Assembly: GCF_004010195.1 (NCBI RefSeq)
Contig: NC_057720.1
Span: 27,715,473 to 27,779,472 of the forward strand
DNA length: 64,000 nucleotides
Reading direction: 5' to 3'
DNA from: Chiloscyllium plagiosum
Lineage: Eukaryota
Shown here: positions 1 through 10,229 of the stretch, one piece after another
Numbering within the stretch: the first letter of the stretch is position 1
Layout of the letters: every line of letters starts with the position of its first letter
Made by a program: the position numbers and the translations under genes
The notes under the pieces: model-generated
Databases searched by the model: none
What the model was told of the DNA's origin: nothing
What the model saw: the letters and a program-made list of their open reading frames with translations, nothing else

Positions 1-38
1 AGAGCACAGCAGTTCAGGCAGCATCCGACGAGCAGCAA

Positions 39-74
39 AATCGACGTTTCGGGCAAAAGCCCTTCATCAGGAAT
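39..74 (-). ncRNA. Minimal type-I hammerhead ribozyme motif (PLE-associated), core intact, weak stem I
   Basis: Minus strand AUUC-CUGAUGA-A-GGGC-UUUU-GCCC-GAAA-CG-UC-GAUU. Confidence 0.65.
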
Positions 75-322
75 AAAGGCAGAGAGCCTGAAGCGTGGAG
101 AGATAAGCTAGAGGAGGGTGGGGGTGGGGAGAAAGTAGCATAGAGTACAATAGGTGAGTGGGGGAGGGGATGAAGGTGATAGGTCAGGGAGGAGAGGGTG
201 GAGTGGATAGGTGGAAAAGGAGATAGGCAGGTAGGACAAGTCCAGACAAGTCATGGGGACAGTGCTGAGCTGGAAGTTTGGAACTAGTGTGAGGTGGGGG
301 AAGGGGAAATGAGGAAACTGTT

Positions 323-362
323 GAAGTCCTGAAGAAGGGCTCATGCCCGAAACGTCGATTCT
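323..362 (+). ncRNA. Minimal type-I hammerhead ribozyme motif, core intact
   Basis: AGUC-CUGAAGA-A-GGGC-UCAU-GCCC-GAAA-CG-UC-GAUU; predicted cut after C356. Confidence 0.7.
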
Positions 363-453
363 CCTGCTCCTTGGATGCTGCCTGACCTGCTGCGCTTTTC
401 CAGCAACACATTTTCAGCTCTGATCTCCAACATCTGCAGACCTCACTTTCTCC

Positions 454-690
454 TATCTAGTTCTCTACAGTCTATATCTTCCATATCCTTTTCCACAGTA
501 AGTACTGATGCAAAATATGCATCTAGTATCTCCCCCATTTTCTGTGGCTCCACACAAAGGCCGCCTTGCTGATCTTTGAGGGGCCCTATTCTCTCCCTCG
601 TGACCCTTTTGTCCTTAATATATTTGTAAAAACCTTTTGGATTCTCCTTAATTCTATTTGCAAATGCTTTCTCATGTCCCCATTTTGCTA
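454..690 (-). mobile_element. CR1 LINE ORF2 fragment
   Basis: ANRIKENPKGFYKYIKDKRVTRERIGPLKD...YFASV, homologous to ORF 41065-41925. Confidence 0.85.
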
Positions 691-1408
691 TAGTATCCAC
701 ATATCAGAGCCAAAGTTTTGGCTGGATCGGGGGAGGGCTGTGTTTTTAAGTCTCTGCATGACTGCTTCTGCATCATCCTGTGTTGGGACAGCCCATTGGT
801 GTGCCATTGGCTTGTTGGTATGTCTGGCTGTTGAAGACAAAGTGGGTGGTGAGGCACAAGTCCAGTAGCTTGAGCATGTTGTCTCTGCTGATGGTATTGC
901 TAGGAGTCATTGTCCCTTGATCCTCTAGTAGTTTGGCAATTGTTCCCTTTGGTTATTGGTATTTAATGGAGGTGAATAGGTGATTTCATCCATGTTGATT
1001 TTAGGGTTCATGAATTTGTCAAAGAATTCCTGGGCCGAGTGAATGGAATGGATTGATTTGCTGACGAGACATTTCAGTCTTTGGGTCGTTCCTCGAACAG
1101 TTTGTGCATTGGTGTACCTGGTAGCAAGACTATGGGTCTGACTGGGAGGTTCCGTTCATATACTTTGGGCATACCAACCTACAGTCACACCAACTACTTA
1201 CCAGGACAAAGGACCACATATCCACAACATCGTAAACAAAATCCCTTACAGCAACTGCAAGCACTACATCGGACAAACAGGAAGAACACTAGCCATCTGA
1301 CTTCATGAAGACCAACTGGTAACTAAACAACATGATCCATTCTCCCTCCATACACACATATCAAGAGGTCATCAATTTGACTATGACAAAGTAACCATTC
1401 TAGGACAA

Positions 1409-1610
1409 AGTTAAAATCACACAATGCCAGGTTATAGTCCAACAGGTTTATTTGGAAGCACTCGCTGTCAAAGCGCTGCTTCTCCAAAACCACCTGATGA
1501 AGGAGTAGCGCTCCGAAAGCTAGTGCTTCCAAATAGACCTATTACCCTGAACGTGGTATTGTGATTTTTTATCTTTTAACTTAACCAGTCCAACACCAAC
1601 TCCTCCACCA
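1409..1610. mobile_element. Short fold-back non-autonomous element with hammerhead, nested in a PLE
   Basis: Imperfect inverted arms; 13-bp TSD CATTCT(A/C)GGACAA at 1396-1408 and 1611-1623; sister copies at 44561-44748 and 51318-51395. Confidence 0.75.
1491..1525 (+). ncRNA. Minimal type-I hammerhead ribozyme motif, core intact
   Basis: CAC-CUGAUGA-A-GGAG-UAGCG-CUCC-GAAA-GC-UA-GUG; stem I CAC/GUG; AGCU palindrome; predicted cut after A1522. Confidence 0.75.
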
Positions 1611-2089
1611 CATTCTCGGACAAGCTAACCAGAGACACGTCAGTGAGTTCTTGGAAGCCTGGTTTTCAACCAAAAAGGCCACCTATAAACACAAAGATAG
1701 ACTTAGAGTACAAATCGCTGCAGAGAAAACCCGGAAGTGACAGTCACCCCAACAGACCAAACCACATAAAAACCAAGTAGGAGAAACAACAGTACTCCAC
1801 GGAAGTGCTGATAATGTTCCCCAGCAGAGTAACGAAACATCTGCACGAAAATAAGCAGGTCGGCGAACTAACCAGCTACCTTAATGGTAACCATATCAGC
1901 TCTTTTAAGGGGCTTGGTATGGAGTGGTCCTGTTCCCAATTCACAGCCAGAAAGTCCAGGTTCAAATGCTATAATCTGGTATAGTGTGATTCTTAAACAC
2001 TCTCGACATGGTAGCAGTGGATGGATACAAACGAGTTGATTAAAAACATTTTTAGAAATACTGATTTGCTGCCAATATTGAGTAGCAAA

Positions 2090-3260
2090 TAACTAGAGAC
2101 GAGTCGCTGATTGGCTGTTACCGGGAGCTGAGCGATGATTGGCCGTCATCGGGAGCTCGGCGCCGATTGGTTGGTACCAGAAGCACGGCGATGATTGGAT
2201 GGGAACAATATTTGGTGCTGATTGGCTAGTAGCGGGTGCCCGACGTTGATTGGGTACATTTGGTTTCCTGCCATTGATTGGCTAGTACAGGGAGCCTGGT
2301 GTTGATTGGGTTTTGATGGTTGGAAAAAGGCGGAACGAAATGTCAGTTTTTGTTAACAAACGAAGACGGGAGGGCGTTGAGGGAAGAGGCGACGCTCGGT
2401 AATGACAGACATTGTGTTCTGTGATAACGCGTGAAATATTTTTAATAGCTTAAAACATTGATTCTCCGCGATCCTTGAAGTTTTCTAAAATTATGAAAAG
2501 TAATAATATATAATTTCCGGTTGTCGTAACTTGTGGCAACTTAACTTGCTTGAACAATGGCCTGACTGACAGGACGATCGCCCAATTCGCTCGACGCACC
2601 GTGTGTTTTGTGACGTAAACTGCGTGTGACTATCCAATCAGCGGCGCGGTTGACGAAGGCTGCGCGTGGGGGGGGGGCGGACTGGGGGCGGTGGGCCAGG
2701 GTTCGGTTGACGAGCAAGATCGGCAGCCGTCGATGCTTCTGAGCGGTGACTTCAGGCCTGAACGCTGACTCCGGCCCGGCCTGTCGGGCTGGGATTCAGC
2801 CTCCCGTTCGATTTCGGATCGTGAGCAACAGCGACCACAAAGGGACCGATTTAAAGAGTAGACCGTACAGAGCCGGCTCTGTGACCATGGTCAGGCTCGG
2901 CTTCTCCAAGCTGCCGGCGTGTACAGATAGTGGGATCAATTACAGTCCGAGATCGAGTGGTGTTGAAAACGGGTGGTGGGGCAATTGGGAAGGGGGAGAG
3001 GGCAGCCCGAAGACAAAGGGAGAATGCTGATATATCTCCCCCACCCCACCCCCAGCCCATTTGAGTTTAAAGCCACGGGCTCCCCTCACTGGTGCACTGC
3101 CTCCCATTGCGGAGACAGCCAGCACCCTTTGTTGACACCGTCTGGTATTGCTGTCTTCTCTGAAAACGAAACTTGCTTCTCGCGGGTTGTACCCTGCGAC
3201 GTTTATGAAAGCTGTTGTTGTTCAGTTGGTTTCATTTTTTTCGCTCAGCACCGATGATGC
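2090..3260 (+). promoter_or_regulatory. CpG-rich promoter / non-coding first exon region of KDM4A
   Basis: Strong local CpG enrichment; CRE-like TGACGTAA 2611-2618; CCAATCA 2634-2640; GC boxes GGGGCGG ending 2680 and 2691; lies ~1.3 kb upstream of the ATG exon. Exact TSS and first donor are not resolvable. Confidence 0.8.
2109..2309 (-). promoter_or_regulatory. Array of 8 CCAAT boxes (GATTGG on +) with ~28-bp period
   Basis: GATTGG starts at 2109, 2137, 2165, 2193, 2220, 2248, 2276, 2304. Confidence 0.8.
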
Positions 3261-3491
3261 AAACTTTAATAGTCTATTCGACCTTTTTGACAGTTCGCTG
3301 AATGTATTTTGACTTCGATCTTTATATTGCTTAAGATTTTTGAGCAGTGCGCGTAATCTATTATAATTTCATCAGATCATCTGTTTTTCTACTGTTTTAT
3401 TTATGGTTCTCGCCTTCGAAACGATCAGTAATCCAGTCAGATCTATTTCTACAGTTATTCCTTATTTTATAGTCTTGGAATTCCTCTCCCT

Positions 3492-3804
3492 GGCACGATG
3501 GCTCAGTGGTTAGCACTGCTGCCTCGCAGCACCAGGGATCGATTCCACCCTCAAGCAACTGTCTGTGTGGAATTTGCACATTCTCCCCGTGTCTATGTGG
3601 GTTTCCTCCGGGTGCTGCGGATTCTTCCCACAATCCTAACTTATGAGTTTAGATGAGTCGATCATGCTAAATTACCCATAGTGTTCATGGATGTGTAGGT
3701 TAGGGGTAAATATAGTGTAATAGGTTCAGGAAATAGGTCTGGTTGAGTTATTCGTTGGACGGTCAGTTTGGACTTGTTGGGCTGAAGGGCCTGTTTCCAC
3801 ATTG
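3492..3804 (+). mobile_element. HE1-like tRNA-derived SINE
   Basis: A-box TGGCTCAGTGG, B-box-like region, shared body and CR1-like 3' tail. Confidence 0.88.
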
Positions 3805-4050
3805 CATCTCTGTGGCTCTTAGAATGAGACAATATATTTTGTTGTTGGTGTTCCGTCAGTTTTATAAATCCCATAGAAATGGACTATCCAAGTCATTGGT
3901 TGACGCTGTTAACTTTAGCTTGAACTATCTCATGTCACTATGTTACAAGTGCTTATTAATGCATTTTATTACTTAATAGGGTCACAGAGCTGGCTGCACA
4001 ATATCATTTTGTGTAAATGTTTGCTTTGTAGGTGAGTGACGTCGGCTACC

Positions 4051-4188
4051 ATGGCGTCAGATTCTGGAGTGACCAATCCCAGCTGTCGGATAATGACTTT
4101 TTATCCTACGATGGAAGAGTTCAAAAATTTCAGTCGGTACATTGCATATATAGAGTCACAAGGAGCCCACCGTGCTGGGCTTGCAAAG
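4051..4188 (+). CDS. KDM4A: KDM4A coding exon 1 (JmjN); exon probably starts at 4032 with 19 nt of UTR
   Basis: Kozak [53 protein letters not shown]; acceptor tttgtAG at 4031; donor GTAAAC at 4189. Confidence 0.96.
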
Positions 4189-4214
4189 GTAAACTGATAG
4201 TCATCCGGCAAGGA

Positions 4215-5195
4215 ATAAACCTTTGGTCCAACCAGTCCATAATCCCAAATTAAACTAGTCCCACCTACCTGGACGTGGCCCATATCCCTCCAAATATTTC
4301 TTATTCATATATTATCTAAATGTCTTTTAAACATTGTAACTGTATTCACATCCACCACTTTCTCTAGAAGTTTATTCCACACACAAACCACTCTATATAA
4401 AATAAATGCCCCACATGTCTTTTTAAAATCTTTCTCCTGTCACCTTAAAAATATACCGTCTTGTCTTGAAATCCCCAACCCTAGGGAAAAGACATACATC
4501 ATTCACCTGATCCATACCCCTCATTATTTTATAAACCTCTATAAGGTCAGCCTCAGCCTCTGACGATCCAGGGAAAAATTTCCCAACCTATTCAGTCTCG
4601 CCTTATAACTCAAACCCTCCACTCTTGGCGATATCCTGGTAAATCGCCTCTGAACCCTCTCCAATTTAATAATATCCTTCCTATAACAGAAGGACTAAAT
4701 TTGGACACAGTACTCTAGAAGAGGCTTCACCAATGTCCTGTACAGCCTCAACATAACATCCTAACTCCTGTACTCAAAGCTCTGAGCAATGAAGGCAAGC
4801 ATGCTAAACACCCTCTTAACCAGCTTATCTATATGTGATGCAAACTTCAAAGAATTAATTACCTGAACTCCTAGGGGGTCTCTGTTCTACAGCAACACCC
4901 GAGGCCCTGCTTTTAATTGTATAAGTCTTGCCTTTGCATGTTTTACCAAAATGCAATACCTCGCATTTATCCAAATAAAATTCCATCTGCCATTCTTCAG
5001 CCCATTGACTCAATTGATCGAGATCTCTTTGTTACCTTAGATAACCTTCACTGTCCACTATGCCACAAATCTTAGTGTCATCAGCAAAGTCAGTAACCAT
5101 GCTTTCTATATTCTCATCTAAATCATTTATATAAATGACAAACAAAAGTGGATGCACCACCAATCCCTGTGGAACACCACTGGTCATAGGCCTCT
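4215..5195 (-). mobile_element. CR1 LINE 3' portion
   Basis: Reverse complement matches CR1 3' copies at 33455, 51445 and 63316 (FADD region and 3' UTR). Confidence 0.85.
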
Positions 5196-6039
5196 GTAGT
5201 TAATATATATTTAATATTAATAACTACAGCTTCTATGGTTTCCAGGTTTATCCTTACATCCCTTAAGTATATTTGATATAACATACAACACTATTTACCA
5301 TTCATGAAATTACTCAGTCCTTTGAAATTGGAAATTCAGTACATCACCCCAAGTTGTGAAGTTTATCATTGTCACACTGTGGGAGCAGCTTAATTATTGC
5401 TGATTGCAGGTGTTGTATCTTCTGTACACCTGCATAAGGCCCTAAGAATGTAGGGTACACTGTAATGCCTTTTTGTTATATTAGGGGAATTGGAAACGTT
5501 TCTAATTTGCTGAAAGCAACAACAAAAAAAGGAACCAGTATTGTCCAAAACTGAAACTGATGTCTCCTTTTGTCCAAATACTTGCACTTTTATTTTCGAT
5601 CAGATTGTCCTGACAGCTGAGAATGAAAATTCATTCACAATTTTTGAGGGTAGTCCAATTGTTCTACCAATGTGCTGATTAGGTGCACCCAACATGATCG
5701 AGTGGGCATGAAGTAACCTGTCAGAAAGAGAATGTAAGAATCAGAGGAAATAAAGGACAAAGTAAGTAGATAGTTGGGGGACAAGACCAGACATAGTTTC
5801 AGATTTTTGTAGTACAGATGTACTAATAATACTGATGGGATCAGCCCATATATTGAACTGAAGCTTCGATGGTGGACATCCGTTTCAAATCTAAATCTAT
5901 TCAAAAATATAGGTGATCAAATGAAGGAGGAATGAATTTTAAAAATCCTCATCAACACTAAAAGAAGTCTCCATTTTGTACTGTGAATGAAATTATGCAA
6001 TCGCATATGTTCAGTTAACATGACCTGACACGGTCAAAG

Positions 6040-6232
6040 ACTGTGATGTTGGAAAAGCACAATCAATCAGGCAGCATCCGAGGAGCAAGAGTGTTGACAT
6101 TTCATTCCAGATGAAGAGCTTAGGCTTGAAACGTGGATTCTCCTGTTCCTCAGATGCTGCCTGACTGGCTCTGCTTGTCCAGCACCACACTCTTTGACTG
6201 ACCTCCAGCATCTGCAGTCCTCACTTTCTCCC
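6040..6232. mobile_element. Short fold-back PLE-terminus insertion with degenerate hammerhead
   Basis: Inverted arms similar to 1-453; core CAGAUGA...GAAACGUG at 6108-6135. Confidence 0.7.
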
Positions 6233-7216
6233 ATTTAACCTGAAACAGTGAAGTCCAAGTACTAATCTGAATATGGCTTTATTGAATGATGGAGTCCAAT
6301 GGTTAATTCTTGCTCAGATTTAATGAATATCACCATTATGGCTGATTGTGATCTGGTAGTGCATGACACAAAATATCTGAGTTGCAACATAGTTACAACT
6401 TCCCATCCCTAACAAGTAGATTTTTAAGTGATATGATTCATTTGGGTGCAAGTAATGCAACACAATTAGCTTCAAATTTCAGTAGTTTCTGATGTAATTT
6501 CATGTACCATTTCTAAAAACAGTCAAAAAGGTTAAATGATCGTCACTAAAGCAGCTAGCTTGTGATGAACTCTTGGTTTGTTTTTCAAATGTCATATCTT
6601 TTATCTTCCATTTGTTCTCTGTAAGTTTCTTTTGAGATGATTACTCATACTGACGATTGACCAGAAACTCGACTGGAGCAGCCACAATTAATCTCGTGGT
6701 TACAAGTCACTCACATGTTTGATATTCTGTGCTGAGTGATTGGCCTCTTGGTTTCTCTAATCCAGAACAACATCAGCAAAGCACAATTCAGAGTATGATG
6801 GAATACTCTCAACTTGTCTGGGTGAATACAGCCTTAGCTATTTCTGAAGAAACTTGACATCATCTGGAGCAATATTGCCCTCATGATGAGCATGTCTATG
6901 ACTTTAAACCTCTACTCCCTCCGCCATTGATGCATCACAGCTCATACTTTTTCCAAGACGCACTGCTAAAAGTTCTTTAAAAACTTCCTCCCTGTATTAT
7001 AGCAGCAACACTATCCTCAAAGATTGTGAATGAATTTTCATTCTCAGCTGTCAGGAAAAGCTGACTGAAAGCCACAGGAGATGTGATATGTTGTAACCTA
7101 CATCTTAAAAGCCATATCATGCAAAACAAAATGTTTTCTCTTCTGTTTCAGCCATGCATTTAGAAATACAGGTCTTTGAGGTGCAACTATATTCATTTAA
7201 ATATTATCCTCAACAG

Positions 7217-7392
7217 GTTGTTCCACCTAAAGAATGGAAGCCTTGTAAGAGTTATGATGAAATTGATGATCTGGTGATTCCAGCCCCAATTCAACAGGTG
7301 GTGACAGGCCAGTCAGGCCTCTTCACACAATACAACATCCAGAAGAAGCCTACCACTGTACGCGAGTTCCGAAAAATTGCTAACAGTGATAA
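7217..7392 (+). CDS. KDM4A: KDM4A coding exon 2
   Basis: [27 protein letters not shown]...[11 protein letters not shown]; caacAG / GTAAGA. Confidence 0.97.
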
Positions 7393-8358
7393 GTAAGAAA
7401 CTTTTTTTTTGTGTTGCTGCTTCTCATAATGGATTGTTAGTAAAATTAGTTTAACCAAACTTCTCAGTATGGATAAGAAGCCAACAAGATTTTTTGGAAT
7501 TTTACAATATGTGTTTTTGAGGTTTCTGTAGTTCTCGTTCAGATAAATCATATACTTGTGCCCTAATATATTCAATTATGTTTCTAATTTGGAGGTGTGG
7601 CTGTGAGTAGGACATCAAAGATGTTGTTTGTTTAATATTTGAGTGCTCTAACATTTCAGTAACAAATGTGAAAACACCCGCTAGTTATAGAGGCTGTCCC
7701 TGAGTTGCAAATGGGAGTTCTGGAGTCAGTTTGCAAATCGAAATGTTCTGACCTGTGTACAAAATTCAGGACATGTAAAACAGCTATTCTAGAGTACAGG
7801 AAAAGTACTTTAAAATAAAACCTCTATTTGGGATCAGGTTCATAACTCCCTGTCGTCATTTTCCTAGGTGGCAAGATAGTAAGTCTGGATATTGATTAAG
7901 TAAAATTTACAACACAAACTGACCATTTGGCCATCTGGTCTATGGTGCATCTCACAACCTTCCTTCCACTTTGTTTCATCTAATCCTGGAAAACCCTTTT
8001 TTCCTTCTTTCCCGTGTGTTTAACTTAATTTCCCCTTTTATAAAGATATCTGTAGCATTGCCTAAATTGCACCATGCGATGGCAAGTTCTACATTCTTAC
8101 CCCTGTCTTGTAATTTTTATTGTGTTCATTAGTGACTAGCTTGCACGTATTGCCTCTGATTTTGGATTCACGTAGCAAGTGCCAGGATCTTCTGCATGTT
8201 GACGAAATCAAATCCCCTAAATGTGAATTATGTACCTTCCCCTTTCGAGGGAACAGTCAAGAGTGCATGCACGATCATTTCGTACACTCACTGTCACTTT
8301 TGATATCTGGTATTATTGTTGTGAATCTGTTTGTTCATTCATCCAATCCTCTATAAGC

Positions 8359-8707
8359 ATAGAATCCCTACAGTATAGATGAAGGCCAATCAGCCATTTG
8401 AGTCTGCACAGACCCTCCAAGGAGCATCCCAAACCATACCTACCCACCCCATCTGCGTAATCCTGCATATACCATGGCTAATCTACCCAACCTGCACATC
8501 CCTGGGTATTACATGGCAATTTCGCATGGCCAATCCACCCAGCCTCTACATCTTTGGACTATGGGAGTAAACCAGAGCACCTGGCGCAAACCCCCAGAGA
8601 CATGGAGAGAATGTGCAATCTCAACACAGACAATGACCCAAATTGAATTGAACCCAGATCTCTAGAGTTGTGAGGCAGTAGTGATAACTGCTGAGTTGCT
8701 ATGCTGC
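8359..8707 (-). mobile_element. HE1-like SINE (diverged)
   Basis: Reverse complement similar to 9147-9478. Confidence 0.8.
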
Positions 8708-9146
8708 TACAATTTTTTTGATGGGGAGACCAGAATTTACCTAGCAAGTAAACAATATTCTGGAATGTGGCCGAGCTATGCTTCTATACGATGGGAACAC
8801 ACACTCCCTGCTTTTGAAATAAACATGAAATGCTGGAGAGCCATACCAGGCTATCAATGTTGACTTTGTTTCTCTCCACATATACTGATAGACCTGCTGA
8901 TTTTCTCCACAATTCTGTGTTTCTGATTCCTAGTATCTGCAATATTTTGCTATTATTTCTTGTTTCGAATTCTGTTCCTCTGGATGTAAACTCTAGTGAT
9001 TTGTTTGCATTGTCTTTAATTTGTGTTGGTACTTTTAATTTGTGAATGAATACTCCCAAGATCCTCAATTTTCCACTGTCCCATTGAGACTGTTACTTTC
9101 CTCCAGAATATGTGGCTGCCTGAATTCTCCTACCTAAATACCTGGT

Positions 9147-9478
9147 CGGCACGGTGGCACAGTGATTAGCACTGCTGCCTCACAGCACCAGAGACCCGGG
9201 TTCAATTCCCACCTCAGGCGACTGACTGTGTGGAGTTTGCACATTCTCCCCGTGTCTGCGTGGGTTTCCTCCGGGTACTCCGGTTTCCTCCCACAGTCCA
9301 AAGATGTGCAGGTCGGGTGAATTGGCCATGCTAAATTGCCCTCAGTGTTAGGTGAAGAGGTAAATGTAGGGGAATGGGTCTGGATGGGTTGCGCTTCGGC
9401 GGGTCAGTGTGGACTTGTTGGGCCGAAGGGCCTGTTTCCACACTGTAATCTAATCTAATCTAATCTAATCTAATCTAA
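9147..9478 (+). mobile_element. HE1-like SINE, young copy with (TAATC)n tail
   Basis: GGCACGGTGGCACAGTGATTAGCACT...GGTTCAATTCC; tail 9447-9478. Confidence 0.92.
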
Positions 9479-9632
9479 AATGCACCACTTCACATTTATC
9501 TGTTAAAATTGCTCTAATTTTCACTTGTTATTTTCAATTTTTTTAACACATTAAATGCATGGAATTTGCTGCTGTCTCCAAATTTTGATAATGTTTCCAA
9601 TTTCATTTCTGTAAATAGCAAACAGCAGTAGT

Positions 9633-9978
9633 CATGGAATCCCTACAGCATGGAATCAGGTCATTTGGCCAGTTGAGACCACACTGATCCTCCAAAGAAT
9701 ATCCCACTGAGACCCATTCCCCTACCCTATTACTTTATATTTCCCCTGACTAATGCACCTAACCTACACACCCCTGAACACTATGGGCAACGTAGCATGG
9801 CCAAGTCACCTAACCTGCACATCTTTGGACTGTGGGAGGAAACTGGAGCACCTGGAAGAAATCCACACAGACACGGAGAATGTGCATACTCCTCACAGGC
9901 AGTCGCACAAAGCTGGGATTGAACCCGGGTCCCTGGTGCTGTGAGGCAGCAGTGCTAACCACTGAGCCACCATGCCAT
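9633..9978 (-). mobile_element. HE1-like SINE
   Basis: Reverse complement similar to 9147-9478. Confidence 0.88.
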
Positions 9979-10114
9979 GCAGTAGCGCTAGTAACAGTTT
10001 TCAATATCACTCCCTAATTCTGTGGAAGAGTCTTACTCAAGCTTTACTCATTTGAGAACTAAAGTGAAGTCCAACTAGAATTTTAATCTATTAAAATGTA
10101 TATCTTTTTTCCAG

Positions 10115-10229
10115 ATACTGCACCCCTCGCTATTCAGATTTTGATGATCTGGAGCGCAAGTATTGGAAAAATCTCACATTTAATGCACCAATCTATGGTG
10201 CAGATGTCAACGGTACATTGTACGATGAG
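10115..10229 (+). CDS. KDM4A: KDM4A coding exon 3
   Basis: [38 protein letters not shown]; ttttccAG / GTAAGG. Confidence 0.97.

Larger units (their letters stand above)
1..453. mobile_element. PLE (Neptune-like family) terminal sequences in inverted arrangement
   Basis: 1-~325 is the minus-strand copy of the same terminus seen at 60669-60830; 328-453 is a plus-strand terminus; a hammerhead motif on each arm. Confidence 0.7.
690..1880. mobile_element. Decayed Penelope-like element: RT fragment on minus (690-1175), GIY-YIG 3' end on plus (1175-1880)
   Basis: Minus: LKLLDLCLTTHFVFNSQTYQQANGTPMG...YVD; plus: KIPYSNCKHYIGQTGRTL; degenerate hammerhead 1805-1845; homologous to 21161-23614. Confidence 0.8.

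Noticed and set aside
2109..2309. CRISPR-like periodic repeat
   Set aside because: Only a 6-bp motif is constant, the context is a vertebrate promoter, and no cas genes are present.
2746..3257. ORFs in the CpG island as coding exons
   Set aside because: No recognisable homology; expected by chance in GC-rich sequence.
9147..9215. tRNA gene-like A/B boxes (several copies)
   Set aside because: These are SINE heads continuing into SINE body and tail, not stand-alone tRNAs.
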